The position numbers were made by a program, and so were the translations under genes. Under the pieces are notes generated by a model that was not told the origin of the DNA, ran no database searches, and worked only from the letters and a program-made list of their open reading frames with translations. This document shows positions 18,464-28,840 of a stretch of DNA of 53,576 bases, in pieces. Source of the DNA: Bacilli bacterium. GTDB taxonomy: Bacteria; Bacillota_I; Bacilli_A; RFN20; UBA1709. Every line of letters begins with the position of its first letter. The stretch's first letter is position 1. The DNA lies in assembly GCA_045600465.1 (NCBI GenBank), contig JAZRXY010000028.1, positions 1 to 53,576 on the forward strand. Reading direction: 5' to 3'.

Positions 18464-20260
18464 ATGAAAAAAATAGTTGGTTTATTTCTTGCAGTGTGTA
18501 TGTTGTTTGTAACATCTAGCTGTAGTAAAGCAAATGATGAGGAACCTAAAAATATTGCAGATTCAGTTCTTTATGGGCAAATTGCAACAATGGATGACAA
18601 AGGTAGTATTGCTGAGGCAGTTGCTATAAAAGATGGCAAGATTATGTTTGTTGGAAATAGTGAAAATATAAAAGAATATATTGGATCTAATACTTTTGTA
18701 TATGATTATGGGGAAAATGTTATATATCCCGGATTTATTGATGGGCACACCCATATGGGATTATTAACGACAATGTTAATTGGTGGGGCAACACTTGATT
18801 GGGGTGCTAAACTTCGTAAGAATGCTGAAATAGTGAAAGAATATATAGAAGAGAATCCTGGCAAAGAAGTTTATAAAGGATTAGGTTTTTGGGTCTTCCC
18901 AGATGATGAAGATAAACCAACTCATGAAGTGCTTGATAAATATGCCTCTAATGAAGTTCCTATTGTTATTGTAGGTGGCGGCGGACATGCAGCACTTTTA
19001 AATCAAAAAGCAATAGATTATTTTAAAATTAAAGATTTAATCAGTGTATATGGAACAGATGGAATTAAGGTGGATGAAAATGGAAATCCGACAGGGTATT
19101 TAGTTGAAACACCTCGATTTGATTTGCTTCAACAAATTCCTATTAGCAAAGAAGAATTGAAGGAATTCTTCCTTGTACAACAAGATAGTTGTATTAAACA
19201 AGGATTTACAACAATTTTAGATGCGGGTATTGTTGAAACTGATAAATTACCAATGGCAAGTGCTTATAAAGAACTTGCAGAAGAAGGTAAATTAAAAATA
19301 AAGGTTCGTGCTCTTTGTGAGATTGCAGATATTAGTGAGGATCCATTAAAAGAAGTTGATAAGATTGCAGCACTAGCAAAAGAGTGTGATGATGAATACT
19401 TCAAGGTTACAGGTGTTAAAATATTCCTTGATGGTGTTGTTGAGGCTTTAACAACTTGGACACTTAAACCATATACATTAGAAGCTTTAAAAGGTGACAA
19501 TTATTATGGCTACATTAGATGGAATGAAGATAGAAAAGAAGAACTTATTGAAATTATAAAATACGCAAATGAAAAAGGACTACAAGTTCAAATGCATGCA
19601 ATTGGTGAAGGAGCAGCTAATTATGGGCTTGATTGCTATGAAGCAGTTTATAAAGCCATTCCTAATATAGATGCACGTAACGCTTTAGCACATTTAACTT
19701 ATGTAACAGAAGATATGCCAAAACGTTTTGCAGAAAATAAAGTAATAGCAGTTGTTAATCCTACTTGGTCAACTTGGAAATATGGAACAAAAGAAGATGA
19801 AATAAAAGTTTATGGTGAAATAGAAGCAAGAAATATGTACAAGATTAAATCCTTTATTGAAGCAGGTGTTGTTACAAGTTTCCATACCGATAGTTCGGGA
19901 ACATCAGTAGAACAAATATTTTGTGCAGCAACTAGAAGAGAAGTTAATGCAGCTAGAATTGCAGCTAACTATAGTCAATATTCTGAAGAAATGATTATGT
20001 CATACCCTGATGAAGTTAGAGGTAATGATGAAAACATTAATGGAATTACAAGTCTTAAATGTTTAACAAACAATCCTGCTTATTTACTAAAAGAGGAAAA
20101 TAATCTTGGTAGTATTGAGGTTGGTAAAGCAGCAGATTTCACTATTTATAATATGGATTTTAGTGACGAAAGAGTTGTAAATGATGTCTCTTGCGTAGAT
20201 GCAAGTCTTGTTTCTGCTTTTAGTAATGGGAAAATGATTTACCCAGCACGTCAGTCTTAA
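18464..20260 (+). CDS. Amidohydrolase_3 (YtcJ-like), probable lipoprotein
   Basis: Signal peptide ending TSSC; PGFIDGHTH, KIFLDG, MHAIG, LAH, GSIEVGKAADF; RBS GGAGG before ATG 18464. Confidence 0.88.
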   Translation: MKKIVGLFLAVCMLFVTSSCSKANDEEPKNIADSVLYGQIATMDDKGSIAEAVAIKDGKIMFVGNSENIKEYIGSNTFVYDYGENVIYPGFIDGHTHMGLLTTMLIGGATLDWGAKLRKNAEIVKEYIEENPGKEVYKGLGFWVFPDDEDKPTHEVLDKYASNEVPIVIVGGGGHAALLNQKAIDYFKIKDLISVYGTDGIKVDENGNPTGYLVETPRFDLLQQIPISKEELKEFFLVQQDSCIKQGFTTILDAGIVETDKLPMASAYKELAEEGKLKIKVRALCEIADISEDPLKEVDKIAALAKECDDEYFKVTGVKIFLDGVVEALTTWTLKPYTLEALKGDNYYGYIRWNEDRKEELIEIIKYANEKGLQVQMHAIGEGAANYGLDCYEAVYKAIPNIDARNALAHLTYVTEDMPKRFAENKVIAVVNPTWSTWKYGTKEDEIKVYGEIEARNMYKIKSFIEAGVVTSFHTDSSGTSVEQIFCAATRREVNAARIAANYSQYSEEMIMSYPDEVRGNDENINGITSLKCLTNNPAYLLKEENNLGSIEVGKAADFTIYNMDFSDERVVNDVSCVDASLVSAFSNGKMIYPARQS

Positions 20261-20343
20261 TTGTTTATAAATTAGAGTTTAAAATAAAATGTGATAGAAA
20301 TAAAAATTATCGTTATTTAAATGTTAATTTAGGAGGTGGGCTT

Positions 20344-23300
20344 ATGAAAAAATTGATATCCTTACTTATGGCACTATTTCTTGTGACATCACTTACTTCT
20401 TGCAAAGAAGAAACAAAAACATACGCCGATAGAATTTATAAAAATGCGAAAATTTATTCTGTTTTATTAGATGGTAGCGAAGTGCATGCTGAAGCATTAG
20501 CTATTAAAGACGGCAAATTTATGTATGTAGGAAATAATCAAGGTGTTAATAATTTAATTGGAGAATCGACTGAAGTAATTGATTGTGAAGGAAAAAGTAT
20601 AATTCCCGGATTAGTAGATGCTCATTTACATATCGCTTCATCTGCTACAAAACTAGGGTCATGTGATCTTGGTGTAATATTACCTACAATAGATGAAACA
20701 CCAGATTCTATAGTTACAAAGATTCAAAAAGAACTTAAGCAATTTGCTATGGATCATCCTGATGATGAAATAATTCGTGGTCTTGGTTGGGATAGAACTT
20801 GGTTTATGGGATCTTTACAAGGCATTGTAAGAGATTTTGTAAAGGAAGATATTGATGCTGTTATTTCTGATAGACCAGTAGTTTTAACTTCTTCTTGTGG
20901 GCATGCTGTAATGCTTAATTCTAAGGCTTTAGAGTTAGCAGGTATTAATAAAGACACTCCTAGCCAAGGAGGTTTAATTGTAAAAGATGAAAATGGGGAA
21001 CCAACAGGTTATATTAAAGAACCAACTTGTTATGGACCAATCATTCATAATATTCCAGGTTATGATTTTTCTAGACAAGAACATCACGATTATATGAGTG
21101 AAACTTTAAATATGTTTACTGAGATGGGATATACACTTTTATGTGATGCTCAACAAAACACATTAGCTTATGAGGTCTTATCTCAAATGGCTAAAGACAA
21201 TGAACTTAATGCTAGAATTAGTGGTGTTTTTAACATAAATGATGAAACAAGAGAAGAAGACTTAAAAAATGCTATAGAAAACCGCACCAAATTTAATGTT
21301 GATGACATGTTTAATGTTGATACGATTAAATTTTTTGTCGATGGGACTTTTTCAATGATTGAACCTTATTTAGAGTCTGCAGTTTCTTTAGGAAAAACTC
21401 CAGGAACTAGAGAACCTCTTTTATGGGATGAGGATCATCTAAAAGAATCAATGGTAGCGGCTAATAAAGAAGGCTTTAATATTCATAGTCATGCAATGGG
21501 AAGTTATGCAATTAATAAAGTTGTTGATTGTTATATAGAAGCCCAAAATCAATATCCAAGTGAGACAATAAGAAACATTATTGCACATTGCACTTTTGTT
21601 TCTGATGAAGATAGAGTTCGCATGGGAGAAAACAACATTATTGCAAGCAATCAACCAGGTTGGTTTTCTGACCATACTGTAATAGAACCAGTTTATGTAA
21701 CATGTTGGGGTGAAGAAGTAGTTGAAGAAACTTATCCTTGTAAATCATTAATTGATAATGGGGTAATTAATGCTTTTGGATCTGATTATGCAGTTAATAT
21801 TCCTTATGGTTTAGCAGGTATTCAAGTTGCATTAACTAGGAAAGCTGTTCATAAAGATGCAACATATGAAAAGTACAAAGATTTAATCCCTACTAGAAAA
21901 GAAGAATGTATTAGTTTAAAGGAAGCTTTACAAGCTCATACAATAAATGGAGCTTATCAAGCTCATCTAGAAGATATTACAGGCTCAATTGAAGTAGGAA
22001 AATCAGCAGAACTAGTTGTTTTAGATAGGGATATTGAATCTACTCCAATTGATCAAATTGAAAACATAAAAGTATTAGAAACAGTATTTAAAGGAAAAAC
22101 AGTTTATAAATATGACGATAGTGAAGTTGCTGTTAGTGAAAAGACTTTTGAAGAACTATTTGATGTTTCTAGCAATGGTGTTTATGCAGATTTAGGAAAC
22201 TACATGATTCTTTTAGATGAAGCAACAAGCGGTGATTATCAAAAAGCCCTTAACTTTAGTAAAACTAATCCATTACAAAGTAGCCCTTGCACTTCTATTG
22301 GAAAGAGAAATAATAAAGGAGAAGTAATTATTGGAAGAAACCTAGATATGCCACCTTCTTTATGCCCACTATACGTTTTTAGAACTTCATTTGGAAAATA
22401 TAAAACGTTACAATTCCGCTTTATTTCTGAAGATTATTATACTTATGAAGAATTTAAAGACTTTGGATATAAAGATAGTGATTTTATAAATTATGTATAT
22501 TTTTGTTGTACTGATGCGATGAATGAAAAAGGACTTTATATTGAAGCAAATGTAAGAGAAGCTAATAAAGGTTTCCAATCATCAAGCACAAACCCAGGCA
22601 AAGAAGAATTACGCTATAGCATGGTTGCTGCAAAAGTTGCGCAAAATTGTGCAACAGTTAAAGAGGCTATTGATTATCTAAAAAATGAAGTTAATTATGT
22701 TTCAAAAGAATATGCTGGATTAACAATAACAACAGATTATGGATTTTTTATAGGTGATGCAACAGGTGAATATGGCGTTATTGAATTTGCTAATAATGAA
22801 ATTTATTATTTACCATATCAAAATGGCCAAGCAAATTTCTATCTAAACCCAAGATATTCTCCGGTTGATATGAATGGAAGTGGCTATGGAAGATTAGAAA
22901 GAGCACTTGATGGATTACAAAATGCAGAAACAAAAGAAGAAATTTATGATCAAATAGGAAAAGCAATGTGGAGAGATGAAGCACTATATGCCCATAATGC
23001 TTACATTGATAGTGATGGGAAAACTCATTTTGTTGATGATAATGGGAACGAAACTATTGATTGGCGTAGTGATATTTATTTTGATACATTATTATATATT
23101 TATCCAGAAAAAGAAGAAGAATTAATGTCGATTTTGGATGATAAACCTATGTCATGGCTTATGGATGAAGCTAATGCGCCTATTGTATTTAAATACTATC
23201 AAAACGTATTTATTGATGCCGGTGTTAGAGATAATATCCTAAAATATTATGAAGGAGACGAATTACCTGCTAGAAGTGATCCAAACACTTATATGACAGG

Positions 23301-23388
23301 GCTTAGAATTGGTGTTAATTGCAAACAAAAATCATTTATTATAACTGTTTTTGAAAAAGATGAGTTAACTTTTTCATTCCGCTTTTAG
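20344..23388 (+). CDS. Lipoprotein amidohydrolase_3 fused to a C-terminal Ntn-hydrolase (CBAH/C45-like)
   Basis: Lipobox LTSC; PGLVDAHLH, KFFVDG, HSHAMG, FGSD, GSIEVGKSA; then CTSIG..IIGRNLD (Cys649), DAMNEKGL, QANF. Confidence 0.82.
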   Translation: MKKLISLLMALFLVTSLTSCKEETKTYADRIYKNAKIYSVLLDGSEVHAEALAIKDGKFMYVGNNQGVNNLIGESTEVIDCEGKSIIPGLVDAHLHIASSATKLGSCDLGVILPTIDETPDSIVTKIQKELKQFAMDHPDDEIIRGLGWDRTWFMGSLQGIVRDFVKEDIDAVISDRPVVLTSSCGHAVMLNSKALELAGINKDTPSQGGLIVKDENGEPTGYIKEPTCYGPIIHNIPGYDFSRQEHHDYMSETLNMFTEMGYTLLCDAQQNTLAYEVLSQMAKDNELNARISGVFNINDETREEDLKNAIENRTKFNVDDMFNVDTIKFFVDGTFSMIEPYLESAVSLGKTPGTREPLLWDEDHLKESMVAANKEGFNIHSHAMGSYAINKVVDCYIEAQNQYPSETIRNIIAHCTFVSDEDRVRMGENNIIASNQPGWFSDHTVIEPVYVTCWGEEVVEETYPCKSLIDNGVINAFGSDYAVNIPYGLAGIQVALTRKAVHKDATYEKYKDLIPTRKEECISLKEALQAHTINGAYQAHLEDITGSIEVGKSAELVVLDRDIESTPIDQIENIKVLETVFKGKTVYKYDDSEVAVSEKTFEELFDVSSNGVYADLGNYMILLDEATSGDYQKALNFSKTNPLQSSPCTSIGKRNNKGEVIIGRNLDMPPSLCPLYVFRTSFGKYKTLQFRFISEDYYTYEEFKDFGYKDSDFINYVYFCCTDAMNEKGLYIEANVREANKGFQSSSTNPGKEELRYSMVAAKVAQNCATVKEAIDYLKNEVNYVSKEYAGLTITTDYGFFIGDATGEYGVIEFANNEIYYLPYQNGQANFYLNPRYSPVDMNGSGYGRLERALDGLQNAETKEEIYDQIGKAMWRDEALYAHNAYIDSDGKTHFVDDNGNETIDWRSDIYFDTLLYIYPEKEEELMSILDDKPMSWLMDEANAPIVFKYYQNVFIDAGVRDNILKYYEGDELPARSDPNTYMTGLRIGVNCKQKSFIITVFEKDELTFSFRF

Positions 23389-23411
23389 TTCTTAATATAA
23401 ATGAGGTAAAA

Positions 23412-24290
23412 ATGAGTAGTAGTGAAATAAAATTTCAGTTTGTAGTACCAAACAATTGGTACTATGGACTATATAAAGATAAAAAAGAATGTTGCTTAGC
23501 AGCTAGATCTTTTAGCTTGCTTCATAATAAAAAATCTAAGGAATGTTGGCTTCTTATTCATGGATATCGAGGCTATCCTGGCGAGCTTATTAGACCAGCG
23601 CTAGATTTATATAAGCGTGGGTTTGATGTATATGTTCCTAGAATCCCAGGGCATGGGACATGCTCTAAAGATTTTATTTCTTCTAGTAGCAAAGATTGGA
23701 TTGGTATTGTTTCTAACGCCATTAATGATTTAAAAACTAGATATGATAAAGTTAATTTGCTTGGGCATTCTATGGGTAGCTCTATTGCGGCAATTTTAGG
23801 ATGCAATAATCCTAATGTTGGTAAAATCATTTATGTATGTCCTAGTTTTGAAAACTTGCAAATGACTCCCATATCTAGAGTGATATTAAAACTATTATCA
23901 CCATTTACACCAAAAGTTCGTTGTAAGTGGCACTTAAGTTCAAAGATTCATTTACATTATGAGAATGCTCCATGTGATGAAAATTATCTTGGCAATGAAT
24001 ACTTCAAATGGTTCTTTACTAAAAAACTTGGTGAATATTATCGCATAATGAAGAAGGGATTAGAATGTGTTGCAATAGATTCACATAAACATCTTGTTAT
24101 TTGCCCAAAATTAGATAAAATAATTTCAATTCCTTCAACTGATTTATATAAACAAGCATTGAAGGATAAAGCAAATATTGTTTACATTGAAAATGGAACA
24201 CATGCAATCTTTTATGATAAAGATCCAAAAGCAGAAGAAGATGCTGTTAAAGCTATTATTGCTTTTGCAATGAATGCAACCATGTTATAA
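23412..24290 (+). CDS. Alpha/beta hydrolase (carboxylesterase/monoacylglycerol lipase-like)
   Basis: LLIHGY, PGHG, GHSMG, terminal GTH. Confidence 0.85.
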   Translation: MSSSEIKFQFVVPNNWYYGLYKDKKECCLAARSFSLLHNKKSKECWLLIHGYRGYPGELIRPALDLYKRGFDVYVPRIPGHGTCSKDFISSSSKDWIGIVSNAINDLKTRYDKVNLLGHSMGSSIAAILGCNNPNVGKIIYVCPSFENLQMTPISRVILKLLSPFTPKVRCKWHLSSKIHLHYENAPCDENYLGNEYFKWFFTKKLGEYYRIMKKGLECVAIDSHKHLVICPKLDKIISIPSTDLYKQALKDKANIVYIENGTHAIFYDKDPKAEEDAVKAIIAFAMNATML

Positions 24291-24357
24291 TATTTAAGTC
24301 TAAATATTATATTTTGATAAACGAATTAAGTTTAATAAGTTAAGGAGACATAAGAAA

Positions 24358-25599
24358 ATGTTCAACGAAATCATAAATTTAAAAGATGAATCTATTTCTA
24401 TTCATGAAATTTATGAAGATGACTTTTTTGAGGCTGAAAAAATAATTTCTGATAAAGAAGTCACAAGATATCTTCCAAGTTTTGCAACAGAAAATAACAA
24501 AGCATTTTTGATTTTAGGTGTTTATTTAGATAAGACATTAGTGGGGATTATTGAATGCTATAACTATTATCCTAATTGGAATAAGATTTCTATTTGTATA
24601 ATGTTAGCTAGTGATTATAGAAATAAAAAAATAGCAACTAAAGCAATAAAGTTATTACACGATTATTTTTTCACTAAAACAGATATTAAAAGAATTACAG
24701 TTCATATAGATGTAGAAGATAAAATCTCCTTAAAGCTTTTTACAAATCTTGGTTATGAAATACGAAAATGTAGAGTTTTAGAAGATTGGGGTAAAGATAA
24801 ACTTATTAGTGTTAACAAATATGTTTATGAAAAATGGGGCAGTATTGATTATCAAAAAATTGGAGAAGGTAAAAAAACTTTGGTAATACTTCCTGGAGTA
24901 GCTTTAAAGTCAACGCTAGGGGCTGCTAAAGAGATTGCTAAAAACTTCCAAATGTTTAAAAATTATACAATTTATCTATTCGATGATCGTAGCAACATTG
25001 GAAAAGATTATAGTTTAAGAGAACGAGCAGGAGATGTTGCTGCAAAAATGCATATGCTTAAGATTAAAGATGCTTATGTTTATGGGGCATCAATGGGAGG
25101 GATGGTTGGCCAATATCTAGCAATTGATCATCCAGACTTAGTAAAAAAGTTATATATTGCTTCTAGCGCGGCAAGAATGAATAAAGAAGCACTAGAAACA
25201 ATGTCAAATTGGGAAAATCTCGCAAAGGAAAATGACTTAACTGGTCTTATAGAAAATATGTTAACAAAGATTTATTCTGAAGAGATCGTAAAGCTTTATG
25301 GAGATGCCTTTGCAAGTAGCATTGGTGAAGTATCAGAAGATGAATTAGATAAATTTATTATTTTACTAAAAGCAATTCAAAACTTTGATGCTTACGAAGA
25401 ACTTGATAAAATAAAATGTCCAGTTTATGTAATTGGTTCAAAAGGTGACAATGTATTAGGTTTATTGGCTACAAAAGAACTTGTTAGTAAACTTAGATGT
25501 GATAGTCACATTTATGGTGAAGAGTATGGTCATGCAGTTTATGATGAATTGTCTGATCACAATGAAAAAATGTTAGAGTTTTTTGAAAGAATTGACTAA
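24358..25599 (+). CDS. RimJ/RimL-type GNAT fused to an alpha/beta hydrolase
   Basis: N-terminal YRNKKIAT..SLKLFTNLGY; C-terminal ILPG, GASMGG, YGHA. Confidence 0.78.
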   Translation: MFNEIINLKDESISIHEIYEDDFFEAEKIISDKEVTRYLPSFATENNKAFLILGVYLDKTLVGIIECYNYYPNWNKISICIMLASDYRNKKIATKAIKLLHDYFFTKTDIKRITVHIDVEDKISLKLFTNLGYEIRKCRVLEDWGKDKLISVNKYVYEKWGSIDYQKIGEGKKTLVILPGVALKSTLGAAKEIAKNFQMFKNYTIYLFDDRSNIGKDYSLRERAGDVAAKMHMLKIKDAYVYGASMGGMVGQYLAIDHPDLVKKLYIASSAARMNKEALETMSNWENLAKENDLTGLIENMLTKIYSEEIVKLYGDAFASSIGEVSEDELDKFIILLKAIQNFDAYEELDKIKCPVYVIGSKGDNVLGLLATKELVSKLRCDSHIYGEEYGHAVYDELSDHNEKMLEFFERID

Positions 25600-25613
25600 G
25601 GAGGGAGACTTAC

Positions 25614-27089
25614 ATGAATTTATTTGAAGAAGCGGTTATTTACTCTACAGTTATGCATACAGGAGCTATAAGAAAGAATCGTAAGATTCCTTATATTTTG
25701 CATCCACTAGAAGTTGCACAAATCATTTCAACAATGACTGACGATCTAGAAGTTATCGCAGCAGGTGTTTTACATGATGTTGTTGAAGATACTGATGGAA
25801 CATTAAAAGAAATTAGAAAAAGATTCGGAGATAGAATAGCCGATATGGTTGCCTCTGAAACTGAAAATAAATATGAGGGAGAAGATCCAAGCGAGTCTTG
25901 GCAAAAAAGAAAAGAAGAAACACTTCTTACTTTAAAAAGCTCTACTGATTTAGGAGTTAAGATGTTGTGGCTTGCTGATAAGTTATCCAATATAAGATCA
26001 ATTGCAAGCGCTTATAGTGAAAAAGGGGAAGAAGCTTGGAAAGCTTTCCATCAAAAAGACCCAGAAAGGCAACACTGGTATTATAAAAGTGTTGCTGAAG
26101 CACTAGAGTTAGATTTAAATAGAACAGGTGCTTACAAAGAATTTATTAAGCATATCAACTTTATCTGGCCTGATACTTTTGAAACAGGAAAGACTAGATA
26201 TAAGAAATATCGCGAATACTCAGTTGAAGGATGTAAGGTTATTGGTAGAGGTGCAAAAAGTGAAGTCTTTAGATATGATGACGAATTAATCATTAAAGTC
26301 TATAACGAATTCAATACTTATAAAGATATTGAACGTGAAAACATGATTGCTAAAAAAGCACTTATAGCAGGACTTCCAACTGCAATTTCTTTTGGTATTG
26401 TTAAAGTTGGGAATAGATATGGTTCAATGTTTGAATTAATCAATTCTAAATCAGTATCCGAAATAATTGCATTAGATACATCAAGAACCAAATATTATGC
26501 TGATATGATGGCTAGTTTAGCTAAAGAAATACATAGTGTTAGTGCTGAAGAAATTGAACTACCAGATTACACTCCAACACTTCATTCTTGGGTTAATGAA
26601 GGTATTGGCTTCTTTGATAAAAACTTAGCAGATAGATTAAATAAGATGATTGATGAAATTCCTCATACGGGAACTGTTATTCATGGAGACTTCCATACTG
26701 GAAATGTCATGATTCAAAATGGAGAACCATTAATCATTGACCTAGATAGATTATCATCAGCTCACCCAATTGTTGAATTGAGTGGAGTCTATATGGCTTA
26801 TGTTGGATTTGGTGAACTAGACAAAGAAGAAGCAGAATCATTTATGGGATTTAGTTATGAAAAAGAAGCTGAATTCTATCATGAATTTATGAAACAGTAT
26901 CTAAATACTGATAGCGAAGAAAGAATTAATGAAGTTATCAATAAGGCAAAACTTCTTTGCTATATTAGACTTGTTAGACGTGTTTACAAGAAAGGTCTAA
27001 ATCTAAGCGAAAAGGCAACTAAGGATAGAGACTACTTATTAAAAGGTATTAACGAATTATTAACTAGCGTTAAGTCATTTGATTTTTAA
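25614..27089 (+). CDS. Mesh1/SpoT-like HD hydrolase fused to an APH/choline-kinase-like phosphotransferase
   Basis: PYILHPLEVA, LHDVVEDT, LADKLSN; then IGRGAKSEV, HGDFHTGN, IIDLD. Confidence 0.82.
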   Translation: MNLFEEAVIYSTVMHTGAIRKNRKIPYILHPLEVAQIISTMTDDLEVIAAGVLHDVVEDTDGTLKEIRKRFGDRIADMVASETENKYEGEDPSESWQKRKEETLLTLKSSTDLGVKMLWLADKLSNIRSIASAYSEKGEEAWKAFHQKDPERQHWYYKSVAEALELDLNRTGAYKEFIKHINFIWPDTFETGKTRYKKYREYSVEGCKVIGRGAKSEVFRYDDELIIKVYNEFNTYKDIERENMIAKKALIAGLPTAISFGIVKVGNRYGSMFELINSKSVSEIIALDTSRTKYYADMMASLAKEIHSVSAEEIELPDYTPTLHSWVNEGIGFFDKNLADRLNKMIDEIPHTGTVIHGDFHTGNVMIQNGEPLIIDLDRLSSAHPIVELSGVYMAYVGFGELDKEEAESFMGFSYEKEAEFYHEFMKQYLNTDSEERINEVINKAKLLCYIRLVRRVYKKGLNLSEKATKDRDYLLKGINELLTSVKSFDF

Positions 27090-27108
27090 TTATAACGGGG
27101 GAGCACAT

Positions 27109-27675
27109 ATGGAACTAAGCAAGGCAATAATTGATCGTAGAAGTATCAGAAAATATTTAGATAAAAAAGTTGATAAAAAACTAGTTGAAGAAATACTTAA
27201 TGCAGGTAGACTTGCACCAAGTGCTAAAAACAAACAACCTTGGTATTTTGTTGTTCTAACAGGAAGTTTAAAATCAACTATTGCAGATACAATGTATGAG
27301 TATGCCAAAAATGCAATGGAAAAAGAATTAGATAAAAAAACAGGAATTCCTATAACGGCTCATTTTACTTCTAAGGTTGTTAGAAGTGCTCCAGTGCTTA
27401 TCGTTGTTTTAAGAGAAAAAGATGATAACTGGATTGAAGGAGATAACCAATCAATTGGAGCATGTATGGAAAATATGTGTTTGAAAGCTACTGAACTTGG
27501 CTTAGGTTCTCTTTGGATTAGAGATACAGTCTATGTAAGAGATAAAATAGCAAGCCTCATTAATCATCCTGATAAAGAAGTTAATTGTTGTCTTGCACTA
27601 GGTTACATTGATGTTTATCCAGAGGCAAGACCTAGACATGAATTAAAAGAAATTGTTGAATGGAATGATAAATAA
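27109..27675 (+). CDS. Nitroreductase family protein
   Basis: RRSIRKY, LAPSAKNKQPW, ELGLGSLW; RBS GGGAG before ATG 27109. Confidence 0.9.
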   Translation: MELSKAIIDRRSIRKYLDKKVDKKLVEEILNAGRLAPSAKNKQPWYFVVLTGSLKSTIADTMYEYAKNAMEKELDKKTGIPITAHFTSKVVRSAPVLIVVLREKDDNWIEGDNQSIGACMENMCLKATELGLGSLWIRDTVYVRDKIASLINHPDKEVNCCLALGYIDVYPEARPRHELKEIVEWNDK

Positions 27676-27694
27676 AATATAAGGAGGTAGTGAC

Positions 27695-28840
27695 ATGAAT
27701 GAGTGCGCATTAGAAGGACTAAAGATATTAGATTTTTCAACATTACTTCCAGGGCCTTATGCCTCACTTTTGCTAGCAGATTTAGGAGCAGATGTAATTC
27801 ATGTTGTTGCTCCTAATAGAGTTGACTTAGTAACAGAGTGGGTTAAAAGAGAAGATAAAGAAAGTCCAACAGAACTTTGGCTAGGAAGAAATAAGAAAAG
27901 CCTTTTTTTAGATCTAAAAAACCCTAAGTCTATTGAAGCCATTAAAAAGCTAATCATAGAAGAAGGATATGACATTATTTTAGAACAATTTAGGCCTGGT
28001 GTTATGGATAAACTAGGACTAGGTTATAAAGAGTTATCAAGTCTTGCACCTAATCTAATTTATTGTTCATTAACGGGATATGGTCAAACAGGAGAATTAT
28101 CACTTAAAGCAGGACACGATATTAACTATCTAGCAAGATCAGGAAATATGGCTGCTGCTGGTAGAAAAAATGGAGGGCCAACATTATACAATATGCAAAT
28201 AGCAGATGTAGCAGTTGGATCAATGAATAGTGTAGTTTCTATTTTAAGTGCGGTAATCTATCGAAATAAAACAGGAATTGGTCAATACTTAGATGTCGCA
28301 ATGCTTGATGGATTAATTCCATTCCACACTATGGATGGAGCGTGTTTCTTAATGGGAGAAAAAGCTCCTAATAGAGAAGAACAAATTTTAAATGGCGGAG
28401 GAGTTTACGACTTTTATAAGACAAAAGATGGCAAATATCTATCAGTTGGAAGTCTAGAACCTAAGTTCTATCAAAGTTTATGTAAAACTCTTAATGTTTC
28501 TTTGGGAGCATCTAAAAAAGAAATTGTTAATAGATTCTTACAAGAAGATTTATCCTATTGGTTAGAAGCATTTAAAGATAGTGATGCTTGCGTTGAACCA
28601 GTACTTGATATGGAGCAAATGCTACATGACAAACATTTAAATCAAAGAAATATGTTTCCAATAGTAGAAACTAAAGATGGCAAGAAAGTTCAACAATTAG
28701 GATGCCCTATTAAAATGTCTGTTACTGCTCCTAAGTATAAGTTTGCAGGAGTAAAAGCAGGAACGGATAGTAAAGAAATATTATCTAAATTAGGTTATAG
28801 CGATAAAGATATTAGCATAATGACAGGAGAGATAAGATGA
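27695..28840 (+). CDS. CaiB/BaiF family III CoA-transferase
   Basis: LLPGPYA, LADLGADV, RNKKS, FRPGVMDKLGLGY, AGHDINY. Confidence 0.9.
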   Translation: MNECALEGLKILDFSTLLPGPYASLLLADLGADVIHVVAPNRVDLVTEWVKREDKESPTELWLGRNKKSLFLDLKNPKSIEAIKKLIIEEGYDIILEQFRPGVMDKLGLGYKELSSLAPNLIYCSLTGYGQTGELSLKAGHDINYLARSGNMAAAGRKNGGPTLYNMQIADVAVGSMNSVVSILSAVIYRNKTGIGQYLDVAMLDGLIPFHTMDGACFLMGEKAPNREEQILNGGGVYDFYKTKDGKYLSVGSLEPKFYQSLCKTLNVSLGASKKEIVNRFLQEDLSYWLEAFKDSDACVEPVLDMEQMLHDKHLNQRNMFPIVETKDGKKVQQLGCPIKMSVTAPKYKFAGVKAGTDSKEILSKLGYSDKDISIMTGEIR

